Part shown: positions 35,113-47,124 of the stretch, piece after piece
Layout: each line of letters opens with the position of its first letter
Position numbering within the stretch: the first letter of the stretch is position 1
Source of the DNA: Octopus sinensis
Lineage: Eukaryota
DNA length: 64,000 bases
Direction: 5' to 3'
Assembly (NCBI RefSeq): GCF_006345805.1
Contig: NC_043003.1
Location: forward strand, 88,660,001-88,724,000
Translations under genes and position numbers: made by a program
Notes under the pieces: generated by a model
Database searches by the model: none
Told to the model about the DNA's origin: nothing
What the model saw: the letters and a program-made list of their open reading frames with translations, nothing else

Positions 35113-35206
35113 TGTTTTGGCTGATGAATATGGGACACTTGTATTTGCTGCAATATTTGCAGCTTTTAATAAAGCTGTTCTTCGTATGAAACAATTGTAC
35201 TGAACA
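35113..35206 (+). ncRNA. Type I hammerhead ribozyme, right arm (predicted cleavage after 35199)
   Basis: tgttttgg-CTGATGA(35121-35127)-[atatg...cgtat]-GAAA(35188-35191)-CAATTG-TA-ctgaaca. Confidence 0.75.
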
Positions 35207-35235
35207 ACTAATCCATTCTTGTTGCTTTTTTCTTG

Positions 35236-35280
<45 letters not shown>

Positions 35281-36839
35281 ATAGTAAAATGTTTCACAGG
35301 AAAATGACAAAGGAACATGGAAAACAGGAAAAAACATGCAAAGGACATGGATACACTCATCCCATATCAGTTATTGATCAAAAATCCTCACAATTTTGAC
35401 ACCTTATCAATAATATTTTTCATTTTGGTGGCAACAACAGCAAAACATTGCTGGAATATAAATGAGTGAGAATGAAGGACAAATTGAGACAAGTACAAAA
35501 AAAAAAAAGACATGGTTTGTAGATTGAACAGTAAAATATATTTAAAAAAATAAAAATACAAGGATGGTAATATAAATATATGCAAATAACCAACAACACA
35601 AGTATTATTTTATACACACACAGAGAAAATATTTTGGCTTTGCGACAGAATTGAGACAAGACATGTGAAACAAAAAACAAAGGGAAACAACACAGATATT
35701 TGTTATACGTATAAATATACATAAAAGGCCTTTCAGCTATAAGACAGAATTAGGACAAGACATGCATGATAGTAACGCTAACAGGAATATATTATATGAA
35801 AATTCAAATGGTAAATTCCGGTGGGGTAAACAATCTGTCGTTGCGGAAAAGGGATGGTAAAAGTGTTTGTGAGAGAGAGAGTTTCAAATGGACACTTTTG
35901 GCATGTGCGTGTGTGTGTGCGTGCACACACACAAATGCTACTGGCACACACAAAGGGGACAATTAGCTGTGTGAATATGCGTGTGAGAAAGTAATGGGTA
36001 TCTGTATATGTGCATATGCCATTACCATTTCTTTGTGTAGGAACAAAAAGAAAATTTTTATGATAAATATTGCTTATCCTCAAGTTATAAATGAGTGAAA
36101 AATTCCATTGCAGTAGTTTCAGTCACTTGTCAAATTTATTTGATTTATTTCCCAATTAAACTGTGAAATATGTACTTGGTAGGGTAACTCCAATAAATGT
36201 TTGATGTAATATTTACTTAGTGATGAACTCAATAATCACCTTGTCTTGATATAGGCATAAAAGCTTTAGATTTATCTCCAGTACTTGCAAAAATAATTGT
36301 TTCTAATTTAAACATAAAATTAGAAATACATAATGAAGAGGGCTACTTGATTACATCAACCTCAGTATTTAACTGGTATATAAATTTACTATTTACTTAA
36401 GGGATGAAAAGGAAGGTTGATCTCAGCAGGATTTAAACTCTGAAAGTAAACAGCTGAAACAAACACCACAATACATTTATTCTAATGGGCTAATGATTCT
36501 GCTAATCATTCACTTTTGTATTTCCTAAAATGATGATAAATAATATCAGATAATTAACTAATATTGATTTTCTTCTTATCATATATCTATTAAGTTTTTT
36601 ACAGCTTCTGCATAAAATATGTTAACATGAAATAACACGAACAAGTTAAAACTAACTCACCTAAAACGAGGGTTTGACATATACAATGTGTTCAAGTTAA
36701 ATATAACAGTTTGCATAAAAGAAAAAGAAAACAATACAATATCCCATCCAAAAATAAAAGTATTTTTTTAAAACTCAAAAAATACCAACTAGATTTATAG
36801 TTGGAAGATAACAAATTACTCTAAGTAGCCATCTTCAAG

Positions 36840-37900
36840 AAGGCTCCAGAACCTAGCACATGAATTCCTTACTGTGTCCCTGGGAAGATCTTCAAACAGC
36901 TCCTTGATCTTTGCCACCAGCTTGGCATTGGTGTTGCTGGCAGAGCAGCTGGTGTCTTTCTCAACTGTGCCCCACACACATAATACATGGGATTACAATT
37001 GAATGAATTAGAAGGCCAGAAATTGGGGTGGGTGAAGTCATATAAATTCTCTGACAACCACTTCTAACTCTTTCTTGAAGTATGGCAAGGAGGTGAATCC
37101 TGCTGCCACACCTTCATGGCCTTCCAGCAGCAGCAGCCCTCTTCAACCAAGGTTTAACCAGTCTCCAGCAGCTTCACATAACCGTCTAAATTGAACCTAA
37201 GCTCCATTCAAAGATGTGAATGGAGCTTCACTCTCACTGAAGACACCCCTTAAGCTTATCATAGTTTGGAGGAACTTGGTTTTCATGGTATGTGGGACAT
37301 CACATGGATTGTAGGCAAACCACCAGTTGTGATGGATATTGTGCAACTGGTCCTGGCAGAAGTTCTTTCCATCTGAGAAAAACGAAATCATTCCCAGCTC
37401 AACAAGATGCCTCAGCTTATTCAAGGGATTCTTTGACTGTGGCAAGTATTTCCTCTTGGCTTTGGCTGTCAGCATTTGTCATTTTGCCTTTTGTACAAGG
37501 GGTAGCGAAGGTTCAAATTCAGGGCCAGCTTCATTGTGGTGACTCCAACACTCATCTTTCTTGCCAAATCCCATACTCCCTTGCGCAGATCTTTCATCAC
37601 CTTGTCCTGCAACTGGTGAATTCCTGTGTGTGGCCACAGTCAGAATGCTGGTTAAGTCCCTTCCTGCTGGTCATGGCATTACAACTGTCCATGTCACATC
37701 TTTCAACATTTACAGTGTTCACAGAGAATTGAGCAGTCTCTTGATGTTGGCATTTTGATACCCAGCACAAATCATTCTGATACAAGTAACTCTCTTCTAA
37801 TATTTAGGCAGCTTCCTGTCCACCAAGTCACTTAACTTTTTAACTACAACTTTAATCTATATGCTCTCCAATGCCATTGACTGTTCCCCAATACATCAAG
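36840..37900 (-). mobile_element. Degenerate Tc1/mariner-superfamily transposase (DD37D/maT-like)
   Basis: FFSDGKNFCQDQ...WFAYNPCDVP..MKTKF motif, and an FWPSNS segment near the third catalytic residue. TIRs not recognised. Confidence 0.6.
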
Positions 37901-38431
37901 CTTTTCGTGAAAGAGGAGACTTAAAAAGTCATCAAAACACCCTGTATTGCTAATTTTAAATATATAAAGAATATTAGTGTTATATTAACTTAAGTATCAT
38001 ATCATTGGTCTTATATGTAAAGAATATGACGTTATATTAACCAGTGCTTACTGTATTCTATTACTAGTTTTCTATGTAAAGAATGTAACTAGTTTTATAT
38101 AAACTAGTGTTTATTGTATTCTATCATTGGTTTTATATGTATAGAATCTAAGTTTAATTTTACTTGTGATGCAATGCTTTGAATTCTATGGATTCTTTTG
38201 ACCAATATTGCATCTTAGCACCATCTCTATCAATCTCTGAAACTTAAATTATGCTTAATGTTATTCATTTGATGTAACCCCACCACACACAAAAAAAGTA
38301 TTTCTAAATAGAGAGCTATTCCAGCCAATAATGAAGAGTATAATATTAGCATATTACTTTCATGGAGAGAAAGAAACAGAGAAAGGTTTTGCAATAAACT
38401 TCAACAGTAAAATTTATATAATAAAAATCAC

Positions 38432-38548
38432 CTTTTATTTCAGTCTGTGAGTCATTCAAGCGAGACCGCAAATCCTTCACTGCTAACGATTCTCCATCAA
38501 TATTAAATTGTAATGAAGTTGTATTGCTACTCACTTCCATGCTGCCAT
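38432..38548 (-). CDS. TPR: TPR exon: (Y)GSMEVSSNTTSLQFNIDGESLAVKDLRSRLNDSQTEIK
   Basis: AG/GT sites; phase 1-1, frame continuous. Confidence 0.92.
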
Positions 38549-39164
38549 CTAAAAATTTAGAAAGAAATAATTAACCAAATTATACATCACCCAACATATT
38601 ACTAAAATGTCACTGCTCCTCCACCTAATGAATGCAAAAGAAGTGCTACAAAAGTATAAGGTAGATTATTTTATTATTTGCAACATAACATTTGGCATAT
38701 AATATAATAAGATCCCAGTATTAGTGACAAGGTAATCAAAGCCACAAAAAACTATAGACATTTAGTAATCTTAAATCATAAATGTGAATGGTTGCTTCCA
38801 TTTTGCAGGAATATCAACAGATAGAGTAGCAGCATGATGACTAAAGACTACAAGCTTGTGTATTATGAAATCATATCTGCTTCTGGTATTCTAATGTGTC
38901 TGGAAAAAAAGCATTTAACTCTTAAGACACCTAGATATAGAAACATGCAGTGTTAACAGATCTGAAGACATAAAATAACAGACTAACATTCTATCCAAGG
39001 AGGGATTTATTACTCATATTTTTCATCTGTTAACACTATTGAATAAGGAGCTCAGAATGGGTTTTAATCTTGCCACTTAGCAACAGGATTTGAACTTAGA
39101 ATGCATAACAAAACCAGTCACCTTCCTGTTTCTCTGATCTAACTATTTAATCCCAACAGTAATA

Positions 39165-39385
39165 ATCATTCATAATAAAGGTACAAGACCTGAAATTTTG
39201 TGGAGGAATCGGTAAATTGAATCACTCCCCAGTACCTGACTGGTGCTTTATTTTATCAACCCTGGAAGAATGAAAGGCAAATCTATCTTTGGCAGGAGTT
39301 GAACCCAGTATGTGAAAAGCTAGAACAAATATTGGAAAGTATTTTTTTCCCAGTGCTCTAACAATTCTGCCGATTCACCAATTTC
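39165..39385 (-). mobile_element. Second SINE family (degenerate); related copies near 36340-36500, 42450-42550 and 54560-54780
   Basis: Shared ttattttatc-accc-gaa-gatgaaaggcaaa...ggatttgaac motif, with a B-box-like sequence on the minus strand. Confidence 0.6.
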
Positions 39386-39624
39386 CTCCCATCATTGTAA
39401 TAATTGTTTCTAATTTAGGCACAAAGCCAGCAGTTTAGAGAGTAAGGGGCTACTCAATACTACTAATCACAGTACTTGTATGAAAGGTTGAAAGGAAAAC
39501 CTGACCTCAGTGAGATTTTAACCTAGAACAAAGAATCAAAAATACTGTAAAAATTCTGTCAAGCATCTACCCTCATCCCAACGATAACAATGCTAATACC
39601 AATACTAATAATAATGTTCCTTAC

Positions 39625-39790
39625 ATGATTTAGAGAGTTTAGTTTCAGCACATGCGAGTTTTGCCTGTGTAGCTGCCAATTCCTGTTTCTGAGTATTTAC
39701 TCGACGTGTCATTTCAATAATTGTGTCTTTAGACTTTTGGTGAGACTGAACTTCTTGGTCCAACTGACGGTGTAGGTCATTCATTTTGGT
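39625..39790 (-). CDS. TPR: TPR exon: TKMNDLHRQLDQEVQSHQKSKDTIIEMTRRVNTQKQELAATQAKLACAETKLSKS
   Basis: AG/GT sites; frame continuous. Confidence 0.93.
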
Positions 39791-40087
39791 CTACAATAAT
39801 ATTTAGGAAAAGAAATATCTTAGCATTTTACTGATGGATTAAAACAAATCATTCACAATAATCTTAAAATTTTTCTCCTTAGTAGATGTTATCATATATT
39901 CACTTGAACAATATCTCATCAACTGGCTGTATTAATTGTATTTATCCTTAAACAGGTGATTAATGAAATAAGGAACAGGAAGCAGGCAGAATTATGATGT
40001 CACAATCATGCTTTCCCTGATGATCATCTTCAACTTATATAAAAATGACACTATAATTAGAAGACTAAAGCAGACAGTAGAGTAGGC

Positions 40088-40870
40088 GTCATCATTTAAC
40101 ATGCTTATTCCATACTGGCATGGGATTGATAGTTTGCCAAGACCTGACGAACCCAAGGATTGATTTGTGCTCCACTGTCTATTTTGACATGGTTACTATG
40201 GCTGGATACTCTTCCTAATGCCAATGACATTGCAGCATGTACAGTTTTTTTTTTGTTTTTTTTTTGGTGCTACCAACAACAGTGAGGTTGATATGCAGCT
40301 TGAAAGATAGGAACCCCAGAAGGGCAGCTTTAGACTAGAAGAGATCAGAGTAGAAAAAGTTTCTTGCTATAGAGGATCTACAGGACTACTCATTTTAAAA
40401 GAGAGGGTTGGATTGAAGTTGGAAAGAATGAAAGAGATAAAAAAATAGTGGTGATGAAGTGTTTAGGTAGACTCTCGAGGTATGAGGTGGGAAGAAGTGA
40501 GTGGAATAGAAGGATCAAGAGTGTGACTGAGTAGAAGTTGCAAAAGAGTTTGAGGCAGGGAGAGATGGGGAATGGGTGAGGAAAAGTAGGCAACAACTGT
40601 AGAGATTAAGGTTGAAGGGCAGATGTAGTGAATAGTGGATGGCCAATGATGCATGAGTTAAGGGAGAGTAGGCAATGACTGAAAGGGTGGAGCAGCAAAA
40701 TAGTAAGACTGGAGAAGGGATTAGAGAGAAATCACATGGTAGTGGTTGCAGGAGTGTGTTTAGAAAGGATAGAGGGGGTGCAGTGCATGAAGAGAGTGAG
40801 TGACATATGGTGAGAGAGGAGGAGATAATTGGGGATTTGGTCTTGGTGTGTTGGCGGGGATCAATGAACA
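40088..40870 (-). mobile_element. Old RTE-type 3' UTR and tail with a long purine-rich (antisense) tract; similar segments at 43845-44480 (-) and 45860-46580 (+)
   Basis: catcatttaacatgc..ttccat..tggcatggg tail followed by a GA-rich tract. Confidence 0.55.
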
Positions 40871-41059
40871 AAGAGGGGAATAAAAGTTATATTAAGCTAA
40901 AGTATTAAGTTGAAGAGTACAATATGTATATACATACAAGATGCATAGATATTTTCAGAGCAGCTACCTTAGTTAATTATGTCTGCTACGTAACAAAAGG
41001 TATCAATTACTACTGAGCCATCGAGGCAATCAAGGGGGTCTATTTCTGCTGTGTTCATA

Positions 41060-41370
41060 TATGAATATATTGTTCCAGTGCATCTATTGCATAGGTTCTC
41101 TGCTAGTCTGTCTGCAAATCCACATCTTGTGTCCACAGCTATATTGAGTACAACATATGGAGTTTATACTGACTCCTTTTCTGCATATTGAGCAAGGCCA
41201 TTTCCCTAAAGGTACTAGGGTCATGTCTTCATTCCTACTAACTAAAACTTTCATCTTTGCTAAGTTTATCATAAGACCTTTCAATTAACTTATTGCATCC
41301 TTGTACATGACCTCTACAGTTCTCACAAGCCATCTGTCAACACCTAGGTGATACCTATTTAGATATCAAA
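41060..41370 (-). mobile_element. Degenerate RTE fragment
   Basis: KGLMINLAKMKVLV...GKWPCSICRKGV. Confidence 0.75.
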
Positions 41371-41521
41371 CAACAGTAGAACCACTTTGGTCAAAATCAC
41401 TAAAGTGACAATATTCTTATATGTATGGTATCATGTTATGAAATCTGAGTATTAGCCTTTAACTTTATTTCAATGCTAGCGAAATTAGAGTCAAACTAAG
41501 AGCATCATCATCATGACATAC

Positions 41522-41662
41522 CTCTAAGGCTTTAATGGTTGCCTTAAACTCAGTCTCTGTATTATCCATCTTTCTTCTTAAGTTAGTCAATTCTTTCTCT
41601 CTAACATCAACTTGATGTTGCAGCCGAGATTTGGTTTCCTTTTCAACTCTTTCCATGTTATT
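41522..41662 (-). CDS. TPR: TPR exon: NNMERVEKETKSRLQHQVDVREKELTNLRRKMDNTETEFKATIKALE
   Basis: AG/GT sites. Matches vertebrate [30 protein letters not shown]. Confidence 0.96.
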
Positions 41663-44499
41663 CTGCAGAATAATAACAACATAAACATTCAAGACAAACA
41701 TCACATGTAAATATGAAATAGAAACTGTTACTGTATTTTCTGGCATAAAGATGCGACTTTTTCGATTAAAAACAAGCTGTGAAAGCTGTACCCTGCATGT
41801 AATGGGTATTCATTTTTGCTTAACAAGTTGAGGAATGTAGAGTTAGGAGGTCATATCTTGGTGTGAAGCAAAATAAAATGACTTCACAAGTGTATGAATT
41901 CATAATCTATAAGCAAGTAACCTCATACATTTTCTACTTGGCTACTATACTAATTACAAGAAACAAATACAGGAAAAGCTAAAAAAAAAAATAGTGCAAT
42001 AGAACAAGCAGGAAATAAATTGGAAAATTTCAAGAATAATTTGAAGATTTCTGAGGATAGCAGTTCCAAAATAGGCTTGTATTCACTGAATAATATACAT
42101 TATTCATTGATTTTACATCAGGTGCATAATTCTTGCACCTGTAATAATTGTAATATTTTTGTACTTACATTGAACTTTAACTTTTTTGTTACCATAGTTT
42201 TGTTGAAATAAATTACTTTGTTTCAATATATTTTGAAAGTAGAACTTAGTGAAATAATTTTGGCATTATTAACCTGGTATTTGGAACAAAAATTAAGAAA
42301 TTCTAATAGAATGATTTAACTTAGAAGTCTAGAAAACAAGTAGTTTGTACCACAGAAGAAGAGGCAGTGTCAGGTGGGTTGGTGTCAAAGAGTTGATTAA
42401 TGATTTATAACATATGCACAAAGCCATAATTTCTCATAAGTGGACACATTTGATTCATATCACTCTCTGTACTTAACTGGTGTTATTTTATTGATTTTGA
42501 GCAACTCAAAGTCAACCATGATAGGATTTGAACTCAAAATTAAGAGACATACAAAATACCAGACTCTACATATACTACCACTCACTGCCTAATAAATAGA
42601 TAATCTTATATTAAAAAGAAGATGAGCTCTTTTTGTCTGTCACAAGATATATGTGAAGGAGGTGAAGAAGGGAGGAGAAAGAAGTTGTTGAGAGAGTGTG
42701 TGATAGATAGGTAGTGTTGTCACCATAGTGACTAACAAGTTTTGATAAAAAACATGGGAATTTTAAGTGCAAGTTTGTCAACACAACACAGACTTCACAA
42801 GAAAAAAACTTTCATTATACAATACACAGTTATTTTTTTGCTTGTTTATGTGTGCTTGTGTTTCTGTATGTCTTTCAATATGAAGACAATACAAAGAAAT
42901 TCATTGAGAGAAAGTGTGTATATAAGAAAGATATAGTTTAAATTTGTTTCAAGAAAAAAAAAAAATTGTGGTTGCTGTTGAGAGAGGGAGAGGGTTGTGG
43001 GGAGAGAGAGAGAGAGAGAGAGGGAGAAGGTTGTGGAGAGAGTGTGTGTGTGTGTGTGTGAGAAAGGTAGATAGATAGATCAGTGGACAAGTAGAGTATT
43101 GTCACCAAAATAACTAATGAGACTTTCACTATGTAACAGCCTACTGTTAAAAGATATATGTATGATTCACATATAATTTTACTAGCAGCGAAGCAATGGG
43201 GAAAGACCTAATTAAAAATAAATACAACCTTCAATATTACAGCTAACTAAACCATTAAATCACTGAGATAGTAACGTATCACTCATCTACATAACACTGA
43301 GACATCTTCTCATTGAGGTTATGTTGTTTTGTCTCTTTGATGATTAAAACAATGGCCTAACAACCTATGTAGCAGTAAATAGATACCATTATAATATACA
43401 AAGCAAGTGTACAACTATTTTACTAGCTTGCAAAATTGTAATCCTTACATGGGCCCGAAAGAAGCCAGTGCATCCTCTTGAACCACACAGGAATACAAAA
43501 TCTTCAGCAGTGTCTCTATGATGTTAAGTTTTATAGGTGTATGAATGTCTGGCTGAGGTTCCCTTACACTTTACCACTTGCCCACAGCAACACACCTTCA
43601 CTCTAGCATTTCAACAATCTCACCAAATCAACATTTCATTGTACCTACATTGACTGTAGCTGTTCTAAGTTTGTGGACTGGATGGGAAGAATGAGTGAAG
43701 CATCTGAAAAGAAGAGGATTTATACAAATATCTGCCTAAAGGCAGAGGGCTCTTTCATAGATCCAAATAAGCATTACAAGTTTTACTGCTCAATAAGTTA
43801 CCACATCCTTCTCATGGACAAAGGCAACATTGGCAACAACATCAGCATCATCATCATTATTTAACATCTGCCTTCCATGCTGGCATGGGTTGGTGAGTTT
43901 GCAAGCCAAAGAGCTGCACCAGGCTCCATTGTACAGTTTCTATGGTTGGCTGCCTTTCCTGATGCCATCTACTTTACAAAGTGCACAGTGTTTTTTATGT
44001 GACCCAACAACTGTGGGGTAGCCAAGTAACTTGCAAGACAAAGACCTATTGGCTGAGACAGAGAGTGGTACTGAGATAAGTGGCTTTGTGCCAGGTGAGA
44101 AGTAAGAGTATAATAGAGGGATAGACAGGTGTCTTACTATAGAGGAAATATTTGACTACGCCAGTAGGAAAAGGATAAGAGGGAAAGATAGAAAGACAAT
44201 GAGAGAAAGAGAGGGAGATAGAAATAGTGTTGGAGATACATTGGGATCTACCCAGAGAACAGTGGAGGGAATATAGGTGGTACAGAAGGGCTAGAAGGGA
44301 AATGTTTTATGAGAGTGTTATGAGAAATTGGAGTGGTTGTGGGGATGTATGTGCAGATAGGTATGTGAGGGAAAGTGGAGCAGCCTGCAGTGGGTGGTGG
44401 GATGGAAGAGATGTTGGAAAGATTGGTTGTGGAAGAGTTTTGAGGGAGGACTGATTGTGAATGTGTGACAGGGAAGATGCTCGTAAAGGACATGCCTCT

Positions 44500-45300
44500 A
44501 TGTATGGATGACCATGATTTTACTTAGCATGATGTAGAAAAGATGTTTGTAGAAATTCCATACAGTGTATCCAGTGCAAATTGTGGACATATAAGAAGTG
44601 CAGTGAAATCACAAGATTAGCAGAGAAAGCAGATTTTATGTATGGGAGCAGCACATGAACAATACTAAATAAGAATACAGAGGAATAGATTTTCTCAGTT
44701 GCCCAGGAAGATTCTTAGGCATAAGAGATAACATGTTACCAAGGAGACCAAATTAACAGTGGAGGAGGATTCTCTGAAAGCGAAGTAACTAGAGTGGGAT
44801 CTAGCTAGAGAAAGTTCAGAGCGCTATAACCTCTGTTGGTAACAAAAAGTGTCCTCTCTCTCAGAGGAAAGACATATATGATGCTTGTGTACAAACAACA
44901 ATGCTACACAGCTGTGAAACATGGGCCACAAATGCAGAGGACATGAGAAAGATAGAAACAAATGAAGCTAGCATGCTCCATTGAATGTGCATGCATGACA
45001 AAATGCAAATGCATTGAGAAAAACTGGTCACAAGACGCATCAGATGTAGTGTGCAGAAGAGAAGATGGGGATGGTAGTCACATGATGCACATGGATGAGG
45101 ATAGCTGCAAAAAAAAGGCCAATTGCTAAATGTGAAAAGGAACTTATGGAAGAGAGAAACACAGGAAGACAGGGTAAAAAGTAGTGAACAATGACCTCCA
45201 GGTCATGAGTATCACAGAAAAGACAACGAAAGGGTGAAATGAGTGGTGATTTTCTGTGCTTAAGACAACCTGTCCGTCTAAACGAAAATGATGACCCTAA
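44500..45300 (+). mobile_element. Highly degenerate RTE 3' fragment
   Basis: Homologous to the RT C-terminus at 15000-15700 and 60890-61600. Confidence 0.65.
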
Positions 45301-45456
45301 AAGTATAGCATTTATGCTTCTACTCCTGATCCAGTCTGTCCCTGACAAATCTCTCCACCACAACTCAACTTTTTAAAGCCCACACCTCTATCACTGTTCT
45401 GACTACAGCATTATTCACTAAGCTGCTATAATTATGAGTTCAGAACTGCACATATA

Positions 45457-45850
45457 GGCGTAGGAGTGGCTGTGTGGTTAGTAGCTTGCTTACCAACCAC
45501 ATGGTTCCGGGTTCATTCCCACTGCATGGCACTTTGGACGAGTGTCTTCTACTATAGCACGGGCCAACCAAAGCCTTGTGAGTGGATCTGGTAGATGGAA
45601 ACCGAAAGAAGCCCATCGTGTGTGAGTGTGTGTGTGTGTATGTATTTGTGTGTGTCTATGTTTGTCCCCCCAACATCGCTTGACAATCGATGCTGGTGTG
45701 TTTATGTCCCCTTAACGTAGCAGTTTGGCAAAAGAGACCGATAGAATAAGTATAAGCTTACAAAGAATAAGTCCTGGGGTCGATTTGCTCGACTAAAGGC
45801 GGTGCTCCAGCATGACTACAGTCAAATGACTGAAACAAGTAAAAGAGAGA
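45457..45850 (+). mobile_element. Full-length tRNA-derived SINE with internal (TG)n
   Basis: A-box-like tggctgtgtggt, B-box-like gggttcattccc, LINE-like 3' tail ggcggtgctccagcatg..gactgaaacaagtaaaag. Many partial copies in the window. Confidence 0.85.
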
Positions 45851-46684
45851 GAGTATATTTCATCTCCATAGCACTCACCTTTTCTAGAACCCCTTTCCTT
45901 TCTCTCCTGCACCCCTCACCACTTTGTTTCCCACACAACACCCATTTTACTTCTCTTTTACCCTCTCACTACCTCTGTTAATTATCTACTATTTACATCT
46001 CGTGTATCTCTCTCTTTGTCCTTAGTATTGTACAATGCTCTCCCTTCCCACATTCTACATCATCTTTTTTGCCATGTTACCTCCCTGACCCCCTTTTTCT
46101 TCCTTCCTCTTTGACCATGACTAACAGTGCCCCAGCTGGATTCATTATTCACCTCTATCTCCATCTGTCCGCCACTCTTTCATTTTCACAAACTTACCAA
46201 ACCACTCACCCTGTTAATCCTCTACCATTTATCTTATATTCACATTCTTCTAACTCGAGGTTACACCTTAACACCTCTTCACCATCTCTCTTTTCCAATT
46301 GGGATACCCATGTATCTCCTCAACAATAAGACACATGTTCCTATCCCTCTATTATACTTTAACCTCTCATCACCTGCGAGTTACTTGTTGACTTCACTAG
46401 TGCTGGTGCCATGTGAAAAGTACACAGTACACTCTAAAGTGATTGGCATTAGGAACAGCATCCAACCATAGAAACTATGCCAAAGCAGACAGAGCTTGGT
46501 GCAGTCCTCTGGCTCACTGGCTCCTGCCAACCATCCAATTCATGCCAGCACAGAAAATGAACAATAAATAATGATGACAGGCAACAGGTGGCAGAAAACA
46601 TGTCACAACAAATTTTGTCTGAGCATATCAGCATGAAACAGTGGATGTTAAAATGAACAGAATATTACAGATGGAACAATGTAC

Positions 46685-46858
46685 CTGAATAGTTTGTAAG
46701 TTGGATAATAATACATTTTGGCTGTGTTGTTCTTTCAACATGTTCTCTTTCTCTTGAACAAGTCGTTGTTCATTCGCTTTTAATAGATCGCGTTCAGTTG
46801 TCAGGTTTTGACAACGGACTTGAAGTCGAGACACACTTGACTGAGCTGTTACCAAATC
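46685..46858 (-). CDS. TPR: TPR exon: DLVTAQSSVSRLQVRCQNLTTERDLLKANEQRLVQEKENMLKEQHSQNVLLSNLQTIQ
   Basis: AG/GT sites. Matches vertebrate EQRGQNLLLTNLQTIQ. Confidence 0.97.
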
Positions 46859-47124
46859 CTAGAAAGACACAGAAAAAAGTAACCAGTCATTTAATACAAT
46901 TTTTACAAATGTATTACAATTTAATACAGAATATTTATTATATTATAGTACAGTAATATTATATGAATGCAATCAGTCGCAATAAAAAAGGTAGGTCTGG
47001 TGAGATTATTGAAATGATGATGTGTCGCCATGTAGATGTGTGCAGTGTGCAAGTAGTGAGATGGAAGGGAGCTTCCGCTAGATTTCTCACAGGTAGGAAA
47101 CCAATTCAAATTCTTCTGGATAGG

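Larger units (their letters stand above)
34843..35236. repeat. Long foldback: 191/193-bp inverted arms with a 10-nt spacer
   Basis: 34843-35033 versus the reverse complement of 35044-35236: 7 substitutions and one 2-nt indel. Spacer aagcaaagaa; right side runs into (TA)n(CA)n. Confidence 0.97.
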
